From: Octopus sinensis | Taxonomy: Eukaryota | Assembly: GCF_006345805.1 (NCBI RefSeq) | Contig: NC_043002.1 | Location: 42,966,001-43,030,000, forward strand | Length of the DNA: 64,000 bases | Direction: 5' to 3' | In this document: one piece after another, positions 1-13,268 of the stretch | Layout: the number at the start of each line of letters is the position of its first letter | Position numbering within the stretch: the stretch's first letter is position 1 | Notes under the pieces: model-generated | Database searches by the model: none | Seen by the model: only the letters and a program-made list of their open reading frames with translations | What the model was told of the DNA's origin: nothing | Program-made: the position numbers and the translations under genes

Positions 1-1359
1 ACCATAGGAAATCTACTTTGCTGGATTTTGCTTGACCAATGCAAACATGAAATAGAAAATCTGCTTCACTGGATTTTGCTTGACCCATGCAAGCATGAAT
101 AAAACTAACATGAAACTACTGATGATGATGATGTGGTTTTAATGACATTGTATGTAGTATAATATTTATTCCAATAAAAGTATTGGAATTGATATTTTAA
201 GATTGCTAGCAGAAATATGCAAATTCAGATCCAAAAGATATGCAACTAAATCAAAACAACTGAAGGTGTGTGTGTGTGTGCATGTGCATGCGTGCAAATG
301 GAATGCCAAGCAAGAGATAACTAGATATTTTAAAATAAATAGATGGACAGTTATATAAATAATGAAAGAGCAAGATAACTTTTGTAGCCATACCTCTTTA
401 GATAGAATGAACAGCCTTTAAATACAATCCAAGAAACATCTGAGAACAACGGTACAGAAATAAGTACGTTTCATAGAACAGTTAATGTAGGCAGTGAGAC
501 TTTGAAATGCACACTATAGGCCTTCGTATATCATCATCATTGTTATCACTGCTTGTTCTTGTTTATCTTAGAAGCAAGGATTTAGTTGAACAGCAAAGGG
601 CAAACAAATGAATAGCTTCAGCTACCAACACACAAAACATGACATATATAATATGTATGTATGTATGTATGTGTGTACATACTCGCACACAGACAGATAT
701 GGACCATACGCACACTTCACTTGCATATGCAATGGACTATTTACTCTAAACAAACCTGCTACAACAATGGCAGTTATCTGCCTTCAACAGATGATCTTTA
801 ATACAAACCTATTTATGTCTGATTCACAGTATTGTTAACACAAAACCATAATTGTCAGCTTCATCGGACAGTCAGAGGGGATTTTTATGAAAATTCAACA
901 ATTGGTTGAGAAAGTGAAATGTTTAAGTAAGCAGATATGTATTTGCAGCTCCTTAACAAAAAAAAAAAGTGTCTCTCTGATAAATAAATATCTCTCAATG
1001 TCAATAATAACACAGACATACATGTACATATCTTTTATCTTTTACCTGTTTCAGTCATTAGACTGCAGCCATGCTGGGGCACTGCCTTGAAGGTTTTAGT
1101 TGAACAAATCAATCCCAGAACTTTTTTTTTCTTTCTAAGCCTGGTACTTATTTTATCAGTTACCTTTTACTGAACTGCCAAGTTACAGGATATAAACAAG
1201 CCAACAACACTTGTCAAATGTTGGTTGAGATCAGACTCAAATATAAAGACACACATGCATATAAATGTGTGTGTGTGTGTGCTCACACAAACACACACAT
1301 ATATGGCACATACACTCATACATAAATACAGATGCATATATACACACGCACACACACAC

Positions 1360-1395
<36 letters not shown>

Positions 1396-3846
1396 GTACG
1401 CACATACACATATATGCACACAACACATATACACACATATATTGGCTGGGATTTTCAACTGATTATACCTACTCTGTCAGCAGAGTGTTTATTGTACCAT
1501 CAAAAGTAGAGAATATCTTGCAAGATATACAAACCAATTCTACTCTCTGAAACCTTAATTTGCTGTCATTGATTTTTGAGACAAATTTGCCTTCATGGGG
1601 ACCATTCAAGTTGCACCAACTCAGTGGTTTTGGATTGCACTAATTAAATTTCTTTGATGTTTTCAACTTCCTAGAGAATTCTAAAGTAGTTTGGATTGAA
1701 TAATAAACATGTACAATGAAATTTATGAATCCTGAAATTCATATATTTTTGGCACATGTTTCCCAGTGAGCATAATCAGGATAATGAAATAAATGGTTAA
1801 TGTCCTTTTTAGTACTCCATGTATTATGTATGATCTTATTCACTTGTTGAGTGGTTTCATGAATAAAGGACATTGGATTACAAAGGAATATATCTGCAAC
1901 TATTTTTGTAGCTAGTGTCAGCAATATGGCCCTTAAGTGCCTATATTAAAGTCTGGGAGAATCTCAGTCTTGCCAAGGACAGGACAACCTTTCCTGATAC
2001 CATGATGAAATGTACCAAGTACACTCTGATATTTGGTTGGTATCAAGAAGAACATCCAACCTTAGAACATAGGCATACAAGACAGACATGGTCCTCTAAT
2101 CTATCTAGGAGAGCAGTAACTGACCTTAAATTGACTCCAGGTCATGCCAGCATAGAGAGTCAATCTAATAAAATTATAGTATGTGTGTTCAAATTATTGT
2201 ACATGTATTTTTTAAATAATCTGGAATTTAGAAGGTGGAACATAGAAGGGTCTTACATAAAATTATGATGGACGGTCTGAATTTTAATATCCCTCATCTT
2301 TTACTTGTTTCAGTCATTTGACTGTGGCCATGCTGGGGCACAACCTTGAAGGGATCAAATGAGCAAATAGATTCCAGTGTTTATAATTTTAGTCTGGTAT
2401 TTATTCTATTACTCTCTTTGTTGAATCACCAAGTTACAGGCATATAAACAAACCAATACCAGTTGTCAAACAAACACAAAGATAAAGAGACTCATCTGAT
2501 GGGCTTCCACACAGTTTCCATGTACCAAATTTACTCTCAAGGCACTGATCAGTCTAGGGATCTAGTAGATGATACTTGCTCAAAGTGTTGTGTAATGAGA
2601 CTGAACCTAAAGCCACATGGTAGCAAAGTCAGTGTCTTAACTGCAGCCTATAGAAAACTTTAAAGTTAAGTGGGGTTTTTTTTTATTATGAAACTAGAGG
2701 ATAATTTGAGTATCAAAAGGTCTAGATACCAGCACAGCTGAAGGACTATATATTCAAAATAATCTACTGGCAAAGATATAAGGGGAAAAAGTAATAATGA
2801 AAATTAGCATTTAAATAAATGTTGTAATCTGTGGAGAAGTTGATAACAATATGTAAACAGTAACACTTTTAGATACCTTTGGGAAAAGATTTGATAAGTG
2901 AAGCAAGGAGATTTCATTGAAACTGATTTATAGTAATATTAATTTCCAGCAAAGAGACACAAAGTTACAAATTTGGGGAAAAGAGTACAGTTAATTAAAT
3001 TGCCTGATTGGTATTTTATTTTATCCCTGGAAGGATTAAAAGCAAAGTTAATCCTGGTGGAATCTGAACTCAAAACACAGGAAGGAAAATAACTAAATAT
3101 CATAAATCACTTTATCTATACTAATGATCCAGCCAGTCCACTGTATTCAGGTCTCTACTAGTAAACATTCACAAAACAAACTGCTTTGTGATGGGAATGA
3201 GAAAGGAGTAAGAGAATTGAAGTGACAGTGGGTGTTGTCTGGGATGATCTGTAAGGAGAGCAGGCACTCCTCAAATGCTAAAATTTTATCTACTTAAGGC
3301 TGTAACATAATATGTTTCTGGAAGGCTGGATGGGGCAGTGGGGAAGTGGGGTATGAAATTGGGACCACCACACAGCTGGCCTGAAGTTTCTTATCAAAGA
3401 AGAATGTGAAATAATATATCAAACTGCAGGTCGCTAAGATAAATGACAAACAAGCCTTGTAGTTAGGGATCAAAGCTTTCAAAGGTCTCAACACTTCATG
3501 CTATGGTAGAATACAATTAGTGCTAAAGGACACCAACAGTCATTATTCACCATTTGCACATTGATAAATGGAGTTATATTAGCTTCAGAGAAACTTCTCA
3601 CCTGAATTAAATTTATTAATGAACTGACATTCTAGAAAGTAGTTTCTCTATGAGTGAAAAAATGAGTGAAAATAAAAGACAAAATGAAAAATAGCAATTG
3701 CTTGATAAGAATCTTCATGGCACTGGAAGCTAAAGTGATTGATAATTGGTGCAATCATACCTGTTTTTCAGTTATGAAATTATAAAATTAAGTAATCCAT
3801 TTAACAAATGATTTTCTTCTTTCCAAGTAATTCAGCAACAACTTAC

Positions 3847-3879
3847 CTGTTTACTAAGAGTGTATTTCTCCCTGTAGAC
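3847..3879 (-). CDS. Candidate 33-nt microexon (VYREKYTLSKQ) of the PH-domain gene
   Basis: tttaacag|GTC...CAG|gtaagt; phase 0-0, stop-free, compatible with the phase-0 donor at 8300. No homology support. Confidence 0.45.
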
Positions 3880-4498
3880 CTGTTAAACATTGCCACAAAG
3901 CTACAACAACATATCCAATTGGAATTTCAGAGTTATCTTTCTTGCCTTCGGCAAAAATTATCATTACCTTTTAATTTTTAGTTGTTTCAGTCACTGGATT
4001 GTGGCTATGCTGGGGCAGCATCTTCAAGGGGATTAATTAAACAAATTGTACTTATCTAATTTAAATCATCATCATCATCACAATGTTCTGGTTAAGGTAT
4101 CTAATACTTATTTATTCTAAATGTGATACTTATATATTTCAAATTTTGCTTTAGTGTGGTACTTATTTATTATAAATCTGGTACTTATTCTATCACTTTC
4201 TTTTGCCAAACTGCTAAGTTATAAAGACATACACAAACACACACACATCACATGAATGATCAGGCTATGTTATTACATATCACTGGTCACAATGCGCTTT
4301 TGCATTGTTTTAGCCATCAAATGATACCACCCCGCTGGCTAAGCAAGCAGACCAACATTCCCTCTTGATTGAAAGAGAAACTGGAGCAAAATGAAATGAA
4401 GTATTTTACTCAAGAACACATTGCATTGCCTAGTCAGAGAATCTAACCCATGATCTAGTGATTATGAGTGGAATAGTCTAACCACTAGGTCATGCACC

Positions 4499-4531
<33 letters not shown>

Positions 4532-5375
4532 TATCGGTTTCTTTCAGCTTCTCTCTACCAAAACCACTCATAAGGCTTTGGTCAGCCCAAGGCTATAGTA
4601 GAAGATACTTGCCAAAGGTGCAATGCAATGGACTGAACCTGGAGCCATGTGGTTGGGAAGCAAGCTTCTTACCACACAGCCACAGTTTTGGGAGGTTCTG
4701 TGACATATCCATAATAATAATAATCCTTCCTACTATATGCATAAGGCCTGAAATTTTGTGGGACTGGGATGGCTAATTACATCATCCCAGTACTTAGCTG
4801 GTACTTATTTCATCAACCATGAGTGAATGAAAGGCAAAGTCAACTTCAGCAGAATTTAAACTCAGAATGTAAAGCCAAAATGAAGAATTGCTATTGCTTG
4901 ATAAGAATCTTCATGGCATTCTAACAAATCTTCGAGCTTGCTTCCTCAAGCCACAATTAATAATCTTTTCTATCATAGGTACAAGACCAGAACTTTTTGC
5001 GTGGAGAGGGGTTAGTCAATTACATCAACCCCTGTGCTTGACTGGTACTTATTTTATCAACCCCAAAAGGATGAAAGGCAAAGTCAACCACTGTGAAATT
5101 TAAATTCAGAATATAAGCACGGACGAAATGCCGCTAAGCATTTTGCCCGGTGTGCTAACGATTCTGCCAGCTCACCACCAAATTTAATAATAAAATTAAT
5201 AATGAAAGTAACAAAATTGTGCTCGTTATTTTTAACTATTAAATCTCAAACTCTCTTGGTTAGACCAAGATGTTTAAAAATTCTTAGCCCATACACTGTA
5301 TTATGCTTTCTAAAGTTAACATTAAGTTACAGTGTTTATGAATAGTCTCTTTTCCTTTATCTACGGACCCTTTAA

Positions 5376-5598
5376 CCCTTTCAATACCAACCCACCTGAA
5401 ACCACCTTTGGCTCTGTAGTACAAATGTCTTGTTTCCAAAAGTTCTGAATTAAAATCTTCCACCAAACCTTAGTCACAATTAATGTTCCTTACACTAGGT
5501 GAATGATAACTAAGTTATTTTATTAAATTTTTTTGTTATATTTAAAATTTATTGAAAGAAACACAGAGCATCTCAAAATAAATACAGTAACGAAAGGA
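5376..5598. mobile_element. piggyBac-type MITE
   Basis: TTAA-ccctttc ... gaaagga-TTAA. Confidence 0.6.
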
Positions 5599-8299
5599 TT
5601 AAGCCCGAGTACTGTCACTGGACAACTAGGATAGTGACATTTAACTTACTGTTCAAAATCCTGTCACAAGTACATAAAAGTATTTTTTAGTAAAATATTT
5701 CATCTTGCTTCCAATTATTATTCATATGACATGACCTTAGAGAGGTCATTCAGTTTTCTTTTTTCTTAATACTTAATTCTTAAGATTTAGCAAACATACA
5801 CCAACATTGAATGGACATAAGCTCTTGTTATACACACTTTCAGTAAGCTTCTCAGCACAATACGCTTGCCTCGTGTATTGAAAAAAAAAAACACCACACC
5901 AAATTCAAGACTAACAATAAATTTGTTTACTGAAATGTGATAAAATAGAATAGTGCTTTAAACCTATTCACAATCATTACACGTCATAACAGGAGTGAAA
6001 AAAATGACATTAACATATGCTAAGAAATATAACAATATGGTTTCTTAGTCAAAGCAAATCCTTCAGGATTTAAAAAGGTCAAATTATTATGCACAGCAAT
6101 ACTTAGGAGCAAACTAATATTTGATTTTCCATTCCTAAAGTCAACAGAGAATGGGTCAATACGTAAGTTCTCAAATACAATATGAATAAAAAATAATAAA
6201 TAAATAAATAAATGATTATTTCACCAGTCAATCCTGTTTTGTTTTTGATTTTTTTTTTTTAGTCGTTTATTTTATTTTACTTTTTTTTTATATTCACGTC
6301 TCAGAATCAGAAATTACTCAATGGAAATATTTGTTTACTTGATAGTTTTTAATAGTGAAGAATATATTTTTGCAAGACATTGCTAGTTCTAAAGAGAGTA
6401 ATGATAAACATTAAGATACTGGTTAAACAAGTAAAAGTTCAACCCTCATGAGGAAATTAAAGGTTTCTATTCTAAATATAAAACTGAATGTGGTACACAA
6501 TAAATAAAGACAAGAACGAATATTATAATAATGTCTTTGTAACTGAGACACAATGTTCTACTTTGATTCAGGTAAAACAATGTATTAGAAATGGGAAAAA
6601 TCTAATTAATCTGGCCCTAGTGTATCACCAGCATTTTTTTAATCAACTCCCAGTGGAAAGCAAAGTAAAGTTGAGCACCACAAGTCTTGAACTTAGGACC
6701 ACGTAACAGCCATAACTCTTTGCAGATGAATAGACTATAGCAATGTGAAGTCTCTTGCTCAAGGACATGGCATATTGCCCAATTCATGAATGGAAGCCAC
6801 AACCTTATGATCAAGAGCTGAACACATTAACCAGTAGGTTAAAATCATTTATTAGTAATGAATCAGACACAATAAAGCCATAAGTCTAGCTAGAAGTCAT
6901 TTACATTAGTTTCATATTTGTTACTAATTAAATATATGAAGTACAATGTAAGACTTGTAGTTCCATGTTGAAAACATCATAAAAATAAGATATTTCCTAC
7001 TATACCTACTATACCAGAGACATAAAATCCTTAAGGTTTCAAGTGAAATTATTATGCTCACATAAATTAATTAGTCTATTAATTGAGCACCATAAAGTGT
7101 AGAGAGGTTTTTTTTGTTTTGTCTATTTATTCCTGAAAATTGAAACCAATAATATATCATGAAACAGATATAGATATCCCAAAAATTTTAATAGAAAAGC
7201 ATAAACAAGCAAAAATAGATTTTAAAAATTAATGATAAATAAGTTGGTGTTTGATTCAACGTCTTTACATCGGAAAAAGTAAATTTAGTATCAACTTAAG
7301 TCTAAAGGTACTCATAAGTATTTTAAAGAACTAAGGTAGGTCAACACCTGTTAACATCTTTCTCTCATCATCTGATTTTATTTATTTATTTATTTTTTAA
7401 TTTTTTTCATTTTCCCTTCTCAGCATACAAAGGTTCATTCTCCACTTACATATGCTTTACTGAACACAAATCATAGCACACCTGTTAGGTACTCTGAACT
7501 CATATACATTTTGCATGTGGTGCAATGTCAGAAAATGTAAAGTGATGATAGTAGTAATGCTGTTGATGATGACGATGATGAAATAACAATCTAATGAATT
7601 TGTACTGTAAAGCTACCTCACAAAAGAGTGAGAGAGTGGGGTAGAGTAGAAGGAATCTCTAAATTGATTTCTACAAACTTGTCCCCTTTTTTGCGTGCTC
7701 TTTAATTTTCTAGTGTGTTTTAGCCACCATAACTAAGGCCATGCTAGGGCACTACCTTCCATATAATATGGAAAAGGAAAAGAAAGAGACCTTAACAGGT
7801 GCAAATAATATGATTAAAGGTACCTTTACAGAGAATGCAAAAACCAACATAGGGAACCTTTTAGATATAAGAAGATTCTTTAGAAATAGAGGAAAAAAAT
7901 TATAAGAAAAATTTTTTTTAAAAAGCAAGACATTATCAGCATTCTAGTGTTGAATGAATACACCCTATTGTTAAATGCTGTTATCACTGTGAAGTGTATT
8001 TCTAGAAGTTCCCTCAATTTTTTTGTTTTGTTTTGGTCCCATTATGGGTGGATGTACAAGAAGCAAATAGACTCTTAAATTAATTCATATTGCAATGGTA
8101 TATTTTGCTAATTAACAGAATTCTGATAAATGTGCTCCTTCAGCTTCTTTTCATTAAAAAAAAAAAAATCACCGGAAGAAAAAAAATTGAAAATTTAATT
8201 GATATATCATTAGAACCAAGAAAGTATTAACAAACATCATTTTGCTGAAACACTGGAACCTGAAAAAGAGATTACGAAAGTAAAAATTCAATAACTTAC

Positions 8300-9622
8300 C
8301 ATTTGGGAATCAGTATTCCAGTTGTTATTGTTTCTTTCAAGAATGGTTTTGCTGAAGTTATCTTCAAATGAGAAAGTATCACTTTCAGGCAACTTTAAAG
8401 CAACTTCCTGAGCCAAGACTCGAAGTGATGGTGGGGTGTAAGATTCACCAATTCCATTTTGAGAACCAACTGAACTTTGGTTATCATAATCATCTGAAGC
8501 AGTTGTATAACCATGATCCTTTTCATCATTAAAGGATGATATTGAATGGTAATCAGATTTCTCTGGTGATGCTGGAATATCTGAGAGTTCAGTTGAAGGA
8601 GTTACTGAGATATGTACATCAGAACAGGAGAAATGTGAACACAATGAGCAAACATTATTACCACAGCATGGAATCCTCTGTGGATCTGAAGTCTTTAAAG
8701 CAGAAACTTTCTCTTTGGTCAATGCGTTAATCCAACAGACTTGGTCACTTGATGAAGAAGCATTCAACAAAATAAATTTGTTTTGTGAGCTTATTTCAAT
8801 GAGGAATGTTTTCTGAGAATCTGTACGACCATTGAGTGAAAGAGAAGAATATTTAAACTGTGAATCAGCAAGATGTAAAAAGAACTGAATTTTTTCATTC
8901 TGCTTATTTGATTTGAAGCAATAAAAGTTCCCTTCAGCTACTACACACCACATTTTATTCCATTTGTGATACAGTTTACACTGGAGGTGATTTGCCAGGT
9001 GAATATTCTGAATATCTGATAATGTTATTTCCATATCAGAGCTCTCCTTATCCAATTTCTTCCAACTAAAAACCCTACGCAAACTGAATCTTATTGGCTT
9101 TTTTGTTTTGTTATTTAAATTAATTTTAGTTGCTTTTTCTGGTGAACACTCAGTTGAATCAGAAAAAGAAGATAATAAAGAAGCTGACTGAGTCAAGGTA
9201 GATTTTGGCTTCAGGTCATTACCATCAAAACCTTCATAAATATTAGGTAGTCCAGTACTATGTCTAAATGCATTTTTTGTTAAATGATTTTCATCAAAGG
9301 AAGGAATATAGTAACAAGAATTACTTGAGTCAATCAAAGATGGTCTCAATGAATACTGAATAGTGAATAAATCATTGCTCGACATGGACCGCTTTTCTCC
9401 TGTCAGAAAAGAATCAGACACCCATGAATTTCTTGATGTATTTGAATCCATATGTTCTTTTTTAATTGCTGCAACCCATTCATTCAAATGATTGCTATTC
9501 TTGGTACAAAAGACGTGTTTTCTTCCCAGCCTTTCAATAGCAAATTGGTAGCTAATCGATTCTGTGTTGTTTTTCTCAAAAGAAATAGTGTTTGGATATA
9601 CAAGTGGTTTTACGAGACAGTC
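8300..9622 (-). CDS. Large coding exon of a PH-domain adaptor protein (AFAP1-like tandem-PH layout)
   Basis: Stop-free frame of 441 codons from just after TAG (9625-9623) to donor ATG|GTAAGT (exon ends 8300, phase 0). Intact PH domain at ~9001-8711 (HLANHLQCKLYHKWNKMWCVVAEGNFYCFKS...LLNASSSSDQVCWINALTKE), recalling AFAP1 PH2. C-half of another PH at ~9622-9458 (DCLVKP...YQFAIERLGRKHVFCTKNSNHLNEWVAAIKKE). Ser-rich linkers. First in-frame ATG at 9451. Orthology not verified. Confidence 0.8.
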
Positions 9623-9745
9623 CTATAAATTTATTGAATTGATTAATTCTTGGCAGTTTTTATTCTTGTAACAAAAGAAGTAAACCATAAGTTAGAATAC
9701 ACCAAGCTTCATTTTCTATCTCTTCCACATAAAGCCATCATTTCA
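9623..9745 (-). pseudogene. Decayed N-terminal half of the first PH domain
   Basis: PH beta-strand motifs are still readable but split by stops and frameshifts: DGFMWKR (main frame), EAWCILTYGLL (shifted frame), FCYKNKNCQELINSINL* (main frame). Confidence 0.6.
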
Positions 9746-9930
9746 TTCAGGTATAATATCAAGTTAAAGTGTCATCAAATTGAATTTCTGTGCCAAACTT
9801 TCTTGCAACTTTATGAAAAATTTGATATTGAAGAAATAACATTAATATTGGGAAATATTGATGCATTAAGGAATTTGTTTGCTAAAGCATCAGGAACAAT
9901 TTGTTAGAAGAAATCAAGTTTATATCTGAT

Positions 9931-9950
9931 CTGAAAAATAAAAATAAAAT
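9931..9950 (-). other. Probable 3' splice site upstream of the large exon
   Basis: Minus strand reads attttatttttatttttcag|ATCAG, a pyrimidine tract plus CAG; the exon would start at 9930. Confidence 0.55.
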
Positions 9951-10094
9951 ATTTAATTAAGGCCTTTTGAACAATATTAATCAAGCATTGACTTTAAATC
10001 ATTAAACAAATACAGTTCAGGTTTAACAGTTTTATCATATATCATCAAACATCTGCAACTGAAACTAATAAGGGTTCCTCTACACAGTTATATA

Positions 10095-10135
10095 ACCTGC
10101 CAGAAATAGCAGCCAAATCTCCTTCAAATCATCAA
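10095..10135 (+). repeat. Representative of an old dispersed repeat (gctagaaatagcagccaaatctccctcaaatcac core)
   Basis: Degenerate matches near 11966, 26573, 43530, 49690, 56378 (+) and 16110, 32215, 46845, 47195, 58255, 60565, 63450 (-). Confidence 0.7.
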
Positions 10136-10420
10136 CTCACATGTACAGTCTCATAGACAGACACATACACAACAGACAAGGCAGGATGTTAACTCAGAAC
10201 ATCAATAACCAGAACACAGAATACATACTGCAAGGTACCCAGTTCAGTGTTCTCACTGTTACAACAAACCACAACATTGTATTGTTACCATTTTTTTCAT
10301 AAATCCAGAAAGCATGAAAGCAATTCTGACATTGCATTCATGTATATAAAATCAACTTTGCCTTTTACCATACATATATACAAATATACATGCACACATG
10401 ATGGGCTTCAGTACAGTTTC

Positions 10421-10651
10421 TTATTTCTTTATTGCCCACAAGGGGCTAAACATAGAGGGGACAAACAAGGACAGACAAAGGGATTAAGTCGATTACATCG
10501 ACCCCAGTGCATAACTGGTACTTAATTTTTCTCAAAGGAATGGATGAAAGGCAAAGTCAACCTTGGCAGAATTTGAACTCAGAACGTAATGGCAGACGAA
10601 ATACTGCTAAGCATTTCGCCAGGTGTGCTAACATTTCTGCCAACTCACCAC
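10421..10651 (-). mobile_element. SINE family B long form
   Basis: Reverse complement of the 51926 unit including the tgtccttgtttgtcccctct...aaagaaata 3' part; another copy at ~25780-26000(-). Confidence 0.85.
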
Positions 10652-11408
10652 CTTCTGCTTACAAAATTTCACTCACAAGGCATTGCTCAACCTCAGATGA
10701 AAATAAAAGACACTGGCTTATGAAGAGATGTGCTGTGTAATCAAACCCAAAGCCATGTTGTTAAATGAATTACTTAAACTCATAGCTAAGGGAAATAAAT
10801 AAAAAGGCAGGATGGCCATGAATGGAGCATCTACTTGACTAAGGCTAACATAGGGCTAAACCAACAATAACTTCTTTTGTTATTATTTTCCAGAAAACAT
10901 ACTAGCTTTTAGATTGTAAGATTTGCAAGTGTTCTCTTCACATATACGAATGATATTTAGTCCTAAAAAGTTATACATAAATCCATAAAGTTATTAACAG
11001 CCTGAGAACATCAAAGCTTTTAACTTTCCAAACAAGACATTAATTACAAATCCCTTCATTTATGAGTGCCCAGGTGACCTGAAAACATTTTCTTTGTTAG
11101 GAAAACTTATCCAAATCATTTTTTTTAAACACTTTTATCCAGAACTGACACTATTATGTCAGTCATTTTAATCTTATTCCAGTGCTGATGTTATCAGCTT
11201 CTCTTTCATTTCCTGTACTCTGAAATCTAAAATACTGCCCAAAATGCCTGGAGGTTTCTTATAATTAATTAGAAATTTTCTATAAGATCGAAGTATATTT
11301 AAAGTTTTGCATAAAGTACTGTTTCCTATATGTTCAATAACAAACAAAAAAAATCTGATAAACAAAACATCTTGTATGTACGTGTGTATACATATTATAT
11401 ATATATAT

Positions 11409-11605
11409 GTAGGTCCCGGGTTGAGTCGGGGTTAACCACAGTAAATAAGGTACTCAATACATAGAGTAAATTAATTTATTTTGTAGAAGGAGCTTCTACA
11501 GAACTAGGACTGTTTCATTCAAAAGAAATCATCAGGAAGCTTCCTGATGATTTCCTTTGAATGAAACAGTCCTAGTTCTGTAGAAGCTCCTTCTACAAAA
11601 TAAAT
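11409..11605. mobile_element. Fold-back remnant of a Penelope-like terminus with a hammerhead core
   Basis: Loopless palindrome 11474-11605 (66-bp arms, one mismatch). Each arm has CTGATGA...GAAACAGTC followed by AATAAA; flanked by (TA)n on both sides. Confidence 0.55.
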
Positions 11606-12235
11606 ATATATATATATATATATATATAGGCATATGAATGTCTATAGTAGAAGACACTTGCCCAAGATGCCACACAGGGGAACTGAAGCTGGAAACAAAC
11701 AATTTGCCTGTTATAAGTAGTAACCAAATTCTTTCATATCAAATATTATCATTCTAAAAAAAGAATGGCAGAATAAATTAAATATTGTAGTCTTAGATAT
11801 ACAAAAAAATACAGGGTGGGCACAGCTGGAAAGATTTTGAGTACTGGACTATTTGATTAGGATGGAGTTAAGTCTAAACTATAACAAACCATATAATTTT
11901 ACTGCCTCTTCTAAATCTACCAATGAGTAAAAAGTCAAGGGCAACTTCTAGATTGTCATTTGGCTTGCTAGAAATAACAACCAAATTTTCTTCAAATCAC
12001 ATTCTAACATTTTTAAAAAGGAACGAAAACTACATAATATTATTCTAGTTACACTATGTCATGAAAAAAAAAAAAAATCTGCTGGATATAGTTGGAATGT
12101 TTTTGGTCATAGATCTGCTCAATAAGAGCTGGTCTATGGATAAACAACAATATCATAAAGAGGGACCATAAAAACAATAAGATAAGTCACCAACAGCTAG
12201 AAGATATATATATATATATAGGAACAGGATAGGAA

Positions 12236-12558
12236 TACTCCGTCGGTTACGACGACGACGAGGGTCCCAGCTGATACGATCAACGGAACAGCCTGCTCAT
12301 GAAATTAACGTGCAAGTGACTGAGCAATCCACAGACACACATACTCCTAACGTAGTTCTCAGGAAGATTCAGTGTGACACAGAATGTGACAAAGCCAGCC
12401 CTTTGAAATACAGTACAACTCATTTTTGCCAGCTGAGTGGACTGGAGCAACGTGAAATAAAGTGTCTTGCTCAAGGACACAATGTGTCACCGGGAATCGA
12501 ACTCACGACTTTACAATCGTGAGCCGAATACCCTAACCACTAAGCCACATGCCTTCAC
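12236..12558 (-). mobile_element. tRNA-derived SINE family C
   Basis: Minus-strand head gaaggcatgtggcttagtggttaggg...gagttcgattccc, CORE-like gtccttgagcaagacac, 3' end cgtcgtaaccgacggagt (also at ~57497-57520). Related heads at ~4380-4500, ~6730-6840, ~15830-15930. Confidence 0.8.
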
Positions 12559-13268
12559 ACACACACACACAACACACACACACATATATATATTGACAAA
12601 CACAAACATTGATATAAGTGTAGATTAAACAAAGCATTCTATATCGGATCACACTATAGAGACAGTGCATTTAGATATACAAAAGAAATAAGGACTTGGC
12701 TATAATGTTTCCCTGACCCAAATATAAGTGGTTGCTCTCTATTGGCTTACAAAAATACCTTATTTGGGAATAGGTTTCAAATATTGCTGTCAGGCACAGG
12801 TACGGCTATATGGTTATGAAGTTTGTTTCACAATGATGTAGATCAGGGTTCAGCCCCACTGCACAGCACCTCAGAAAAGTATATTCAACTGTAGCCCCAG
12901 GCACACTTAATTGCCTACCCTGTGTTCAGTCCCACTGTGTTGCATCTTGGGCAAGTGTCTTCTGCTATAGCTCTAAGCACACCAATGCCTTGTGAGTGAA
13001 TTTGGTAGATGGAAACTTTGAGAAAAGCCTATTATGAAGGTATATGATTAAGATGTTCACTTTGCAACCATGTGATATCAGATTCAGTTTTACTGTACAG
13101 CACCTTGGGTAAGCATCTTTTACTATCACCCTGAGCAAACCAATACCCTGTCTGAATTCAGTAAATAAAACTTGTATTAGTCCATCATATATGCACACAT
13201 ACATACATACATACATACATACATATCTCTATATATTCAACAGATGAGATCCAGAGAGTCTCAGTATA

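Noticed and set aside
5645-7490. Possible minus-strand microexons of 11 nt (~5650) and 32 nt (~7450-7481)
   Set aside because: Neither keeps the frame alone or together; no supporting evidence.
9485-9487. ORF-track start of the 399-aa ORF
   Set aside because: It is a TTG inside the PH1 C-terminal helix; the frame is open to 9622 and the listed stop lies beyond a splice donor.
9623-9760. Rescue of the in-frame TGA/TAG/TAA stops by A-to-I editing to TGG
   Set aside because: The conserved WCILTYG motif lies in another frame, so indels are needed and editing cannot fix those; Trp is also not expected at the INL*DC position.
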